From Chiloscyllium plagiosum (lineage: Eukaryota): a stretch of DNA of 64,000 nucleotides. Within the stretch, counting starts at the first letter, position 1. Each line of letters starts with the position of its first letter. Location of the stretch: assembly GCF_004010195.1 (NCBI RefSeq), contig NC_057719.1:67793873-67857872 (forward strand). Direction: 5' to 3'. The notes under the pieces are model-generated. The model was not told the origin of the DNA, did not search any database, and was given only the letters and a program-made list of their open reading frames with translations. This document shows, piece by piece, positions 25,821 to 39,300 of the stretch. The translations under genes were made by a program, and so were the position numbers.

Positions 25821-28439
25821 AAGTGGATGGATAGAGGCATGATATTTGGCACATAGGTGAAATCTAAGCAAAAATCTTCCCAGCCTCAGAATGATGTGGG
25901 TACTATTGAAAAGGTTAGGAAAATCATGTGAGTTGGCCAGTGAGAAGCTTCTTGATGCTAAAAGTAAAAAGTATCACCTTCCAGCCAAGTTTTGCATGGT
26001 GACTCTTGCTACTGACAGTGAGCAGCCTAATTTGACGTGTTGGCATGCATTCATATCCTATTATTAACCTCATCTCATCGATATGAAGATTTCCATTCTC
26101 CTACCTGCTGGAAAGCCAATTCCTGATGTGGAAGTCAAAATGGTTTCCTGATGATTTCAGCTTGCCAGGTGCTCCTCTGAATCTCCCACTTGGGAGACCA
26201 GATGCCAACATCTCAGGGCATGTTCCACGGGCAGTGACTGCACTCATGCCTGTCCGCATTTTTCATGTACCAGCCTAACCGCACCATCATAGCATGTCTA
26301 ATTACCATAAGCTGTTGCAGGTCAATGCTGCACTTTGAAGCAATGTGGCACCTTTCGATTGCAATGCTGCCAGGACATTTACACAGAGTGACAGGTACCA
26401 ACCTCGTGGATTCGACCAGGCTGCATCTCAGACCTACCTGCTCAATTTCTCCACATTCACATACTTTTTGCCTGTCTTGTTACTGTGAGCTGCATCTTAA
26501 AGACTCACGGTACTCCTATATCCTAACTCATCTTGAAGTGCAGGCACAAAGCCAGGTAGCTGGTCATACTTGCCAGCAGTGGGCATGTTGCTGAACATGA
26601 CCATGCTACAACATTCTCACACCTGGACCATTGGCTAGTATAAATGATCATATCTTAAAATATAAGGGGAGTAGTCCTCAGTCAAGTAAAGAGAGACATC
26701 TTTCAGTCAGTGAGTCCCAACGCAATGAGTCAAGAGCAGCATCTGATAGAAGTCCAGAGGCTTGAACACGGTCAGTCAGCCTGTTGCAGTAGTCAGAGTC
26801 AGTCCGTCTGTACCTCTACTGTCCAGGATTAGGGCATGATCAGCCCTGTGGGTTACCAGTATTATCAATCTGGAAAGTCAGTTCACGAGCTGCACAGAAA
26901 TGAGTCAGAAGTCTGGTCATTCTTCTTTGACATTATGTATTTAAAATGATCAAAGGAGTGGTCACAGTTAGTCCTGGGGTCTATCCAGTAAAATTCAAGG
27001 TGGGAGGGAGGTGTTATTAGGGGCCATTTCTGCCAGAGGGAAGCTGGGGAACTTCACTGTGGATATTGAAGGTAGCATGCTGAGATGCCAACAATTGTGG
27101 AGGGGAAACTGAATACATAAGGGAGCAGATGAAGGAACTTTGATAATGCCATACTGGAGGGAGGGTCAATCATACCCTGGCTTGGATGGTGAGACAGTGG
27201 ACGTATCTGCCACGTTGACTCCATATTTTTGGAGTTGCGGGGGTGGGGGGGGGGGGTGAATGAGGAGGGAGGTGTTAAAGTAGGGAAATGAAGATTTAGA
27301 TTGATGGATTAGGGAATGTGGACATGCTCAAAACTAATGGGTTCAATGGAGAGAATTACCAAGAAGGGAATGTAGGAAGACTACCTTCTTTATTTTACAA
27401 GCACTTGCACCCCTCACTTTTAGATATACCAACAGGGAGCTGTAAACTATAGCCCAGCGTTGCTTTCTTGGTTTGACTTTGGTTATTGTAGACAGTGCAC
27501 AATGGTTCACTGTGTGCATAACCTTTTTTGTGACTGCTTACTTTGAAGCACCAAATGACCTTTTCTTGATAATCTTATATTTCAAGGTGCCTTGTAAATT
27601 TATAGAATAAAGGTTGAAATTTGGATGATCTATGATGTTCTCAGCCTCCTCTTCAACATTCAGCCATCATCTCCTCTGGTGCTGACAGATTCTTCCGCAG
27701 TTCTGACAATATGGATACCAAGACCATCAGAAAAGTCATTATACAAGAATAATAAATATCAGAACAGGAAGCCTTTTGACCAATATTGGAATCAGCACAG
27801 CTATGTCGCAGACGACAGCCTAATGAGCAATTTATGCTCCTAATTCTGCAATCTGCAAAGCCAGTAATTCTTCCTCCTGATATCTGATCTGCAGTTGCCT
27901 TTAGATTCAATCAGTGCTACTTCCATCTCCCTGGATCTGTCCAGACAGGAAAATCAAATGTAGATGAAGAAATGTGCAGAATTTTCACAACCAACAAAAT
28001 AAATTTCAATTGTCAAACTATTTGCCCTTTTGTCCATTTTAACCATATTTCTGTGGCAAGTACATACATGCTAAAATTATTACGGCATTAGTGTAGGTGA
28101 GGAGGTGTTCCACGCAAATGAGGCGACAGTGTAAAGAACATGCCAAGTTTGTGGTGTCACCGACGACAGTTAGTGACATCACGTGAGCAAAGATGTCATG
28201 GGCAATAGTGAGTGAGACACTTGTTCAGGGGTGGGCACAGTAGCAGAGATAGAATAATGAGGTGTCAGGTATCAGAGAAGAAAAATGCTGGCTCTTCCGC
28301 TGTCAGAGTACAGAAGGTCATTGCCCTTCTTCCCGCAGAGTTGGATATCGAGATAGGCTTTGCCAAACTTCTCATCTAATTCTGACAAAAATCTCACCAA
28401 ATTCTACGTCACTCAGAGCCCTAAAAAAGTCTGTCTCCC

Positions 28440-29460
28440 ATCTTTCAAGCCTTTCCTGATACGTATACTCAAACATTTCTGGCATCATATTTAAAGTTTC
28501 TCTTCACCCTCTCCAGTTTCTCTATAACCATTTTACAATGTGACGACTGGAACAGCATGTAATCAACTTAAGTTTAGTCCAACTAAAGTTTGGCACAGTT
28601 TTAGTATAACTTCCCTTCTTTTTGGTTCTACACCTTTTAATATACAGCTTCGTGTTTGGTTCCCATTTATTTAATGGCCTTACTAAACTATAATGCAACT
28701 TTTATTGACTGATGTATTTTGACTCCACAATCCTTTTGATCTTTTATCGATGTACACTTGCATCTTCCAAGTAATAAGTGATGTCCTGTAGTGTACAGGA
28801 CCTTACATTATTTCTGTTGAACTTCATTTGCCAGTTATTTGCCCATTCTGCAAATCTATTAATGATGCTGCAATTTTGTTGCACTCCTCCTCTGTATTGA
28901 CTATTCCTCTATGCCCCAAAATTTTGTGTTATCTGCAAAGTTAGAAATTGTATCTTTAATTCCAAAGTTCATATCATCCACATAAATTGTGTACAGCAGT
29001 GGACCCACCATCAATTCCTATGGAACCCCACACACAAACCTGCTTTCACTGTCCAACTCTTTCTGTTTTGAAGCCAGCTACTAATCTGTTGTGGGAGATA
29101 GTGAGGTCTGCAGATGCTGGAGATCAGAGTTGAGAGTGTGTTGCTGGAAAAACACAACAGTTCGGTCAGCATCTGAGGAGCAGGACAATCGATGTTTCAG
29201 GCCGGAGCCCTTCATCAGGCCTGAAACATCGATTTTCCTGCTCCTTGGATGCTGCCTGACCTGCTGTACTTTTCCAGCAACACACTCTCAATTATTAATC
29301 TGTTCTGCCACTCCTCACTCCATATCCTCTGACTTATTCACTGTCTATTTGGGGGACTCCTTGTCAAAACTCTTCCAAAAAATCTGACGCATTCCATTTA
29401 CTGCATTGTCCACTTCATCTGTTACTTTCTCAAAATGCCTCAAAGAGATTGGTCAAGCAA
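28440..29460 (-). mobile_element. Old CR1 RT fragment
   Basis: Reverse complement contains tttgcagataacacaaaatt (FADNTK) and ggcaaatgaagttcaac (WQMKFN). Confidence 0.7.
29091..29292. mobile_element. Fold-back PLE-terminus insertion with hammerhead motif
   Basis: Inverted arms (ttgagagtgtgttgctggaaaa... / ...ttttccagcaacacactctcaa), flanked by taatctgtt at 29082-29090 and 29296-29304. Minus strand reads ctgatga-a-gggc-tccg-gcct-gaaacatc. Confidence 0.8.
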
Positions 29461-32400
29461 AATTTTCCCTTTTATTCTTCATTTTATCAATCATGCTTTT
29501 TTCTTTCCAGAGGTAGGACTACCGTGACACCCATGACTGAAAACAACATATTTCAGTACATCGAAATAAGCAGAAAAATATCTGACGAGTCAGTCCACTC
29601 CCTGTAAAGTACTCGAATATCAGCCAAAAATTGGAAACTTCATAAATGCATGTAACGGCACAAGCAACCAGAAGCAATAGCCCAGCTATTAACCCGTAAG
29701 TAGTTCACAATCCCTTAAACAATAGTGGTAAAGGCCGTTCATTTTGTTTTACATTGTGTTCAGCTAAGACAGGACACTAGCTGAAGTGTGGAACTCAAAA
29801 ATCGCAATGCCAATATTAATCGTAATCTGCCCACTCCAAGTCCCCTGCATGTAAGCTTCTTCACCAGGATGATGCACAGCTTTCTTTCCACTGGAAATAT
29901 CTCCACACATCTCCTATTTTCAAGTCTTAGATGGAACATGGTCCTTACAAAGTAGCCATGGCAGAGCTTAATTTATTCCCAATCAAGCACAGAGATGTCT
30001 CCTTGACTTTCACATAACGAAGGCAAAAAGGAGAGTAAAAACTACAATGCTAAGTCTGGAAGGTACTTTCAGTCAGTGCAATTTCCGTGAAAGCTGCGCA
30101 TTATAAAATATCGCATAACTAGCACAAACATGGTTTTACATCATTTTAAAGAAACCCCATAATGGTACATTTTCTATATCTATGTCTAATATCATATGGT
30201 CATTGTAAACAATGTAATGATTTGCAAAGCACTTTTCAAAGAAATATGCAATACACTGCAACTTGGAAATTGTGACATCTTTCATACACTCCTGTGGTCT
30301 ATTTAAATCTTTCAACAGATTTTCATCATAATGAAAATGTTGAGCAATAAAGAATTGTGCAATCTCAATCAAGTTACTATAGATATAGTTTGAAGAACTT
30401 CAGTGTGCAGGAGAGTGATAGAAATCTTCAAAAGATTTATATGTCATAGTGCTCTGCCATGGTTTGATTAGGTAGTACAGGTACTTGTCCATATCCACAA
30501 TATATGGCATTTCCAAAACTCCTACCTTGATTTCCAAAAATTACTGTGTAAATCCAATACAAGTGTGGGCTACTTAAGAGAGTGAATTTATCATTGCTGG
30601 ATCTTTTACCACCTGACATGTTTTCTACAATCTTTTTTACTGCCTCTTTAGATTGGAGATGGAAGTATGATAAAGCAGGCTACTTTTTCAGGTTACTTTT
30701 CACTTACTGCTCTTCGTTTCTGCTACATCAACAGCATTTTCTTTCCTTGTTGCTGTTTTTTTTCCTAGTTGGCTCATTTCTGACAATGTTAATAATCCCT
30801 TGTATATCGCTTTTTACAGTATGATTTCTGACATCCAGCCCAGCAGATTCAAAAGGACCAGGCAGGTTTCTGGGGGAGTACTTTAGATGCAGAAATGCCT
30901 TGAAGACAGCAATTTATTATATTTAGGACAGTATGACATTCCACTTCAAGGAAATGGCCTCCATACATATTGGGGAGGGTTTGTGGTTTTGGGTGGGTAG
31001 GGGGGATGGATGGGGGATGGGGAGGTTGGTTTGAAAGAATGTCTCTGTGTTTTTAGAATAGACATAAAGATAGGAGGCAGCATAATGAAGGCAGGAGGAT
31101 AATGGATACTGGAAGAATTTTGCCTGAGGCTATGTGGCTGCTTTTCCTACTACTGCATAACTAGTATATTTATAATTCAAATACCTAGTTTTAATAATTA
31201 ACTACTACCGAATATTAAAAACAAAATGTTCAGAAGATTATGCACTGATATTCAGGCACACTGCAGTCAAAATGTCTACTGTTAAAATATAAATAGAGAA
31301 GGATATAGAGAGGACACAAGCAGCAAATGTTCTGGGGCAAAAAATTGACAAAAAATCTTATTGCAAAATTGTACATAAATGGCTACTTTAATTTTTCTCC
31401 AGTCAGAACCCATCTTTGTATTGCATGTTCTTTTTTAAGTCTGACTGGGAAAAGCATTGCAGCAGTAAGATTTTGTTCTACCTTACATTAACAATAAGAG
31501 CTCACTACCTACACAAATAAGAGATTCGTTTAGCAATCTGTCAGAGTTATAATTTTGCTTATTTCTTTAAGGAAAGGTAACCTTAAGTTATCTTTCATAC
31601 TAAAAATTTCAGGGCTTATGTTAATGCTAAAATGAGTGCTTTACGTTTCAAACTGAAGGTCAATTCCAGGCTCAATTTTAAGGGCTGAGTATTGGCTATG
31701 GATCATTCTTATCCATAGCTCAGCTTAAGAATCTAAGCTTAAATGGTCTTCTGTAAAACGCATAATAATCAGCATTTCTCTTTGATAATGAAACAATTAA
31801 GAGGAACATCATTAAACTTCTCACTTACACAATGAAGGTTACATTTTCATAAACTAAATGATACTCACCAGAGCTTAGCTGGCTGATCCATTAAGGGTCA
31901 TCCTTACATAAATACTTGTTCCATTTCAACCTATATTGCTGGAAAGAAAATTCAAGATAGTGTGAAACACCTTGTTACACCTTTTCATATGACAAGGTTT
32001 CCAAACACTTTTTTGGAGATATAACTTTCTGGGTTGAAACTATTAGATTCTTATTGTAGTTTGTGACCCAAGTTGGAAAAGACTGGGGTTAAAGTCTCAG
32101 CTTGAAAGAACTGAGGCAAAGTTATTTGGAAATTCCTCTAATTCCCTTCTTTTGAAATACAAATATTGATTATATAACCTCAAAAGAATGTCCACAATGT
32201 GAAGGTGACTATCATTTTAATTGTCTAATTTCTACAGATCTAAATAACTCTATCCATGGTTATATGATCATTTGGACTATTAGAGTGGGAACATAATCAG
32301 GAAACAGCAAACTTATGAGGCAGCTGAACTTTCTCCTTATCTGACATCCATAAACATGCATGCACTTTGCAATACAAGCATTACATAATGAGCAGGAATC

Positions 32401-33046
32401 AGAAACCTGACTAATACACTCTTTTGGAGTCCAGAGATGCTGAAGCCAATTACTGCAGTTCCACAATCAGCCCAACTGAGACCAACTAACTCAGTACAGA
32501 ACAGAGAGTGAACCACAGGTCTTCATGTTGTTTATGGCTAAGCATCACACCATGTGGTACATTTAACCACTAGATCTTTAAAGATGCCTGAAACACTTCC
32601 AATTTTACTTTCTGTAAAACAGTATTTAGTAAAGTCAACAATTGGACAACAGTTCTCAATTTTCACTTGAATGCATACAAACTATTCTTCTAAAGCACTC
32701 TTAAGCAGGTTCATTAACTGGAATAACATGAAAAACATTTTTAGTAGTATATTTGCTTGCTGAGGACAAACAAGGACACAAATAGAAAACAAAAGCCTTG
32801 AAATTTGGGATTTTTTTTAGTCAACATTATAACTATCACAGCATCCAATTAGTCCTGCTCTTTTTCCTAATTATATGATTTTTGTCATCTCAGTCAGGGC
32901 AAGAGAATACTCCCAGAATCTGTATGTTCTGCACACTTCTTGAAATATGTTATGACCAGGTGAGGAGGAATAAAGTGGCTTCCTTCCTTTCAACTTCCTT
33001 GGTTGGCTGTAACAAAGATTTATGTTCTTTTTAGATGAGGCTATAC

Positions 33047-33097
33047 CTTTCTCCAATTGAAATATAGTTAACAATAAGAAGCCAATTAAAAGGTTTG
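33047..33097 (-). CDS. Unidentified gene candidate exon: (S)KPFNWLLIVNYISIGE (an alternative frame is also open)
   Basis: ttttttttacactcaag|C ... AAG|gtatag. 51 nt; the phase-2 start fits exon 43798-43841. Confidence 0.4.
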
Positions 33098-36000
33098 CTT
33101 GAGTGTAAAAAAAAGTGGTTTTATTACCTGCTAAGGCTGAGAAAAATAATAAGAGATGCCACCTCAAACATCCACAGGTAAAAAGTTGAAAATACATAGT
33201 GTCCATTACAAAATGAATATGGACTTTAAAGCTCTTCGGGTGTCCTTGATGCATAATGGTTTTAATTTGAGATCACAATTGCTTAACTGGTATCATGTAC
33301 CCTCAGAGACAGCAAATGCTTCCGTTATCTTTTCTGAAGTTTCTTTTTAGTTAACTCTGTCAAAGGGCACTTTTCTTCCTGAGAGGGAGAGTGAAAACTT
33401 TCTTCCAACTGGTTAAAGTCAAATATCCATCACCCCAGCCAAAAGCAGCTGACAGAAAAATTAAGATAGTTGGCTTTTCCAATTTCAGACTTCACTGTTT
33501 CCAAGCTTATCCTGTTGATGTAAATCAAAATAGCAGGTGAGGTTTTCTTTCCACTTGACTGGATGGACATGTTCCAGTCAGATTTTTCCCATTTTCAGTT
33601 AAAGTGTTTTGTTGAATGAAATTTATGGTGCCTGATCTACGATGGCCTGCAGTGTCTTTTCTCGTGCAATCTTCTGCTCTTCACCTCATTAGTTACTCAC
33701 CAAGCCTTTTGGACAGGTTGATGTTGAAGTGCAGGTCTGACTGTTTCAAATCCCCAGACTGCAAAGGCATGGATCCCTGGACTTTGGTAGGACTGAATAC
33801 ATGACTAACCTTGGCCAACCATCCAGACCGGAATTGGGTGAGCTCCTTGATTTACTGTGGAGTTTCCACTAACTGACTGAAGCTGTCTTTCACTCCACCT
33901 TTGACTTTCAAACAGCCATTTGCTTGAAGCACATGCAGTGTGTAAACTGCCTTAAAGCAACATGTCAGCCCTCCCCCTTGCCTATCCAGTGCTCTCCACC
34001 ATGTCAAACCACCTGCCTCTCTCTTGCTGTGCTTAAAGGCAATGGAAGCCACAAAAGCTGGCAACCCCCAATTAAGCATAAAGTGTGAGCTCTACGAAAG
34101 CAAGCTAAAAGCCATAAAATGCATCTGGAAGACATGGATGCATCGCCTGTGTGTCCCTGCACGCAAAGCAAGCCAGCATATAAGGTGTAGCTACTGACCT
34201 CCAAAGCAAAATATTGAACAGTGAAAGTAGTGTGTAAATTGTTCTAAGAACAGACATGATGAGGTAATGAGGCTCAATGTTTGCCGTTGCTGATATGTGT
34301 GGATGGAGAGACAAGGAGGATAGTGGTCAAGAAGTATGCAAGGATATGTCTGGAAGATGGTGGGACGAGCAATTAGCAAGCTGCATCTGCCAGGTAATCA
34401 CTCTCCTCTACATGCCAGGAATTGGTTTCTAATAGTTTCTCAGGGAAGAAAATAACTGGAAGTGGCATATACATAAGGCAAGTTTGGCTAATCATGAGAT
34501 GAAAATGCACAGAAATAATGTAATTGCTGCTCAACAGTGAGACTCTGAAGTCACCATTTAAAAGTGGAAAAATATTTCTTGTTGCCGAGATGCAAGTTTT
34601 TCCACTCTCATGGTATTTTTCCAAATTTCTTGCCAATGTCCGCGACACATTAAACAGTGGCTAATTTTACGCAGTGTCTTTTGATAAACTGTTAATTTTG
34701 GTTAAGGTAATTTTGTTTCTTCCATGGTGGTGGCACGAAGTTTAGCTTAACAATGCAATCAGCTGATAGTTGGGGCCATTTTAATCCAGTACTTTTCCTT
34801 TTAAAAACCATTTAAGTCTATGGAAGTGCCATGTATTAAAATTAAACGATTGCATTTGAAAATCAATAGTCCATTTTTATCAGTATTGTGGCAGAGAGCA
34901 CACAATACATATTTCCAGGCCTCTGAATGCACTCATGCTGCCAATAAAAAAATGCTAACACCAGATTCAACAGTGAGTTGGAAAACAAATCATCCTATCC
35001 TTCTTTGGAAATCTTACTCAGTGTATTCATTATAACAAGGAGGATCAGTTAACACTTGATAAATCTGACCAATAGATAGGGAAAATGTGGCTATCCTCTT
35101 TGAATAGCATCATGGTTTTGTTGTGCTCACTTGTGCCCTCATGCGTGGATCTTTATCTTGACATTGTCTAAATTTTTACTGAGAAGAAGAAAATTGAACA
35201 GCGGTTATGTGAGGAAACTGTACATTTCTTTTTTTTTATTGTTCATATAAATTACAATGTAAATAACATGCTATTTGTGTTATCCCAAAGTTCCTTTACT
35301 ACTTTTCTTTTCAAATTAGCTACTTTTGTAATTGTTTGGTAAGTCATATCTGCTGTAGTGCAAACAGATATCAAGTGTCATTCCTTGTGACTTTAGATTA
35401 CCTCAGTGTAAAGAGCAAAAAGGAACAGATGAAACCTGACTGCCATATGCTATAAAGAGGGGAGGTGAAGGAGGTGCGAGTTTTTTTGTTTGAGTGACAG
35501 TCCTTTGGTGCAGAAGATCAGCTTATTATTTCAGTTACATTATGTGTCAAATTCATCATTTCTAGGATGAAACGCTCCTTTATTTTGAAGTATCTTAACG
35601 CCTTCCATTGCCTAGTTTTGAAATTACATAAAGCATCGGAAAGAAAAGCTGACACCCTCAACCAATTAATCAAGCAATTTAACTGTTGCAGTTAATTTGT
35701 TATGCATCTTGATATCTAGTTTTTGAACATCTCAGTGCTGAAAAGAAATTTAAAGCAAGTTACGATGCTTTCAAATGATGAAGATAAAACGCAAAAATAT
35801 CAGAATGGTCCATTATATTTCAACAATTCTGTGAAACTTGACCTTAGTTTCTGCGGCATGTATCATAATACTCTAGGTACATATTGCATAAAGGAGAATT
35901 ATGGAAATTTATTTGCGCCTCATCATTTTTCATATACCTGTGATACTTGTCTCAATGTAACTGAGGTCAGCAGGAAGATCTGATTTATAGATTGTTTGGT

Positions 36001-36499
36001 GGCTGTTCAGATTCATTTCACAATCTTAAGACATGATATGTAATTTGATTGGGGTAGTGTAAGTGGAAATAGACTGAGCTCTGCAGATTTTTCCCCTTTT
36101 TTCTTGTGTTTAAACCTTCATTATATCTCAAACTTAGATATTATGGTTGTGAGATAAACACAATTGCCAGGATTAATTTGCTGGAGTGGTCAATAATAGC
36201 TAACACATGGATAATATTAGATACTTCTAAAAGTATGTATGTCACAGTATTTGTAATGCCTGCTGTTGATCTAAATTTAGTTCTCCAGAAGTGAGGTTAT
36301 AAGACCTATTGCTTCTGTGCCGAGAGCAATTAGTTCCTTTTAATTTCAAGCCCTGCGCTTCATCCAGTGGCCTTGCTGAGAACTGACAAAATTCATCCAA
36401 CCATAAGATTAGTTCTCTTCACCACTATAAATTCACTTCTAGAACCTAGTCTGGTGTAGTATTTATATCTGAAATATCAGCCTCAGCTATGCAGGAATC

Positions 36500-39300
36500 A
36501 CACAAAAAAATTGATTTTAAAGATAATCTTCCATTAGATGTCGGCATTATAAGCAAGGCCAGCTTTTAGTCTCCAACTCTTAATTGGTCAAGGAAGTTAA
36601 ATTGTTCAAGAGCCATGATTTTGCACCTGCTGCAACCTGACATCCCTGTTCTTTAGCTACAGTTAAAGCTTTTGGCATCCCCTGGTTGTTGAAGGTGAGG
36701 AATTCAGAAATGGCAATTCCATTGAATGTTATAGGATGTATTTAGCTTCTCTGATTGGAAGTGGTCGTTACTTGACACTTGTGTGACATACATGCTACCT
36801 ACCACTTATATTGTCCAGGTCTCACTCCATATTACATGTTTTGAAACAAACAGAACTCTGTACAATCAATGAATATCTGATCCTGACCATATGTTGGAGG
36901 GAAATTCATTAATGAAGGAGCTAAATATACTTGGGCTAAAGAATTTTTACGTCATTCCGATGATAATTAATATTATCAGGATTTCTTCAAGCCAGATTCT
37001 GCCAAATACTGTCTTGGTGTCAAGGGTTATCATTCATACTTCATATATGGAATGTATCATTTTTATCCATTTTTGGCCCAATACTGTAATTCATTTTGGA
37101 AACAAAGGATAATAATAGAATCTAAACAGAGAATTGGTAAACAGATTATTGCTGAATAAGTGTCATTTGAAATCATTTTCTTCAATACCTTCCATCATTT
37201 TGGTGATGATTTAGGATTGAGTGGTAAGTGGCTACATTTGAATTGTCCTTATTTTTGAAGACAGGACACACCTAGGCAATTTTCCACATGGAGAAAGTGA
37301 AAACTGCAGATCAGAGTCAAAACGTATTGCACTGGAAAAGCACAGCAAGTCAGGCAGCATCCAAGGAGCAGGACAATCAACATTTCGGGCATTTGTCCTC
37401 CATCCACGTGGTTGGGTAGATGTCAGTGTTGTAATTATATTGGAATATCTTGGCTTGTGGTACATTCATTGTGGAACACAAGCATTCAGCAATGCAGCTG
37501 GAATATTGTTGCAGCCCATTACCTTTGCTCTGTTCATTATATTCAGCCATTTCTTGGAATCATATGGAGTAACTTCAATTGCCTGGAGTCTATCATCCAT
37601 GATTTGTGATGTTCAGAGGAGACAGAGATCGATCATCTATTCAGCATTTAATCTTGAAAATGACTGCAGTTGCTTTAGCCTTGTCCTTTGTATTTATGTA
37701 CTGGGTTCTGCTACAATTCAGGATTTGGATGTTCAAAGAGCCTCCTCCTGATTGATTGTCCAGTACCATTCATGCCTAGTGTGGCAGGGTTTTTGAACCT
37801 TGATCTGATCTAGTGGGATCACTTCTCTCTGTCTATACCATGCCGCTTCCCCAGTTTAGTGTTGTTATATGAATTGCTTGCCATTGCTTCATCCTGTTGT
37901 AAGACTAATCTGGTAGATTCACTACCACCATCCATTTTCAGGCTAGGGATCTAGAGTGGTTGCTTGGTTAGTGTGGCAGAAGAAAACTTATTGGGTTGTC
38001 TAAGAGAGGGGACTTTTGACTTAAAGGTGAGGCAGTTTATTGCATGATAGGAAATATATTCAAGTAAAATGATATGAAAGACATCATTACAGAGACTCTG
38101 AGAAAGACACAAACAGTAACTCTTATTCCTTTGATATCCTGAGCTGTTTTCCCACCAAGCCGACATGATGTCATCATACTGAGTGGTATTGAATGCACCT
38201 TCCAACATTAACCCTTTCTGACCCTTACACCCTTATATAATATTTCTATAATCAGTGTTATCATTTCATCAGGATGCCTGGTGCTGCTCCTGGCAAGGTC
38301 TGATACACGCTCGCTCATTGATTCAGAATTGGTGGGTTACTGGTAATGGCAGAATGAGGGCTATGTTGGACAACAAGATTATGGAGTATGGTGCAATATA
38401 ATTTTGCTGCTGTTGATGAATACACAGTTTTAAAATGCTACATCTGGAATATATTTATCTCATTTACCGATGTGGTAGCATCACGCAACATGTTGGAGGG
38501 TGCCCTCTGTGTGGAGATGGGACTTTGCACAAGAATCAAAGTGATCCTTACTATCAGGGAGAGATGGATCTCTGAAAGTTGGCTTTACAATAAGTCAATA
38601 TGTGGGTTTTTCACTCTTGTTTTTTTCACCAAGTGGCAGAGGTCCAGGTTGGCAGGTATAGTATTTAGGCTTTGGTTAACTGTAGTGCCAACAAGCCATC
38701 CTTGGTGATGGACCTTTAAGTTTCCTATCCAGATGATTTCCTCTGCACTTGTTGCCGTTGATGCTTCTTTCACATGGTGTTCAACATGGAGGAGCACTGT
38801 TTCATCAGATGAGGAAGGACAGCCACTAGCAAGAGATGTCCTTGCCCATGTTTGTTTTGATACAATGAGTCTTCATTGGGTGCAAAGTCATTGTTGTAGA
38901 ATCCCAAAGTTACCTCGCCGAGACTGTATATCATTGTGCTGTCACTTATATTCAGTCTGCCCTTTCAACAGTGGAGAACAACTTGAGGATGGTGATGGTG
39001 AAATTTGGAACATTGGTTGAAATGTACAATTGGTTAGGCATGACCATACCAAACTCTTTGTTGACCAAGCTATGGGGCAGCTTTCCCCAATTTTGACACA
39101 TGCCCAGATGTTTTTAAAGAATCTTTTGACAAGCCAGCTGGCCTCTGTTGTCCTATTGCATCTGGTATCTATGTCAATATGGGATAGCCCATTTAGTTAT
39201 ATCCTTATAAGGAAATTTCAGACTTGATACAACTGAGTGAGGTGCTAATCTATTTCAGAGGGTAACTAAGAGGCAACTCATTGCCTAGAGGCACAGATAG
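36500..39300 (-). mobile_element. Heavily decayed LINE-like region
   Basis: Long non-coding stretch with LINE-like character and a PLE fragment at about 37290-37410. Family not determined. Confidence 0.3.

Noticed and set aside
27542..27590. Candidate exon with donor AAA|gtaagc
   Set aside because: Two different acceptors and frames are possible and neither can be placed uniquely in the gene model. Left unresolved.
31869..31938. Candidate exon with strong acceptor and CTG|gtgagt donor
   Set aside because: Stops in all three frames to that donor. A shorter version (QYRLKWNKYL, donor gtaagg) is possible but unsupported.
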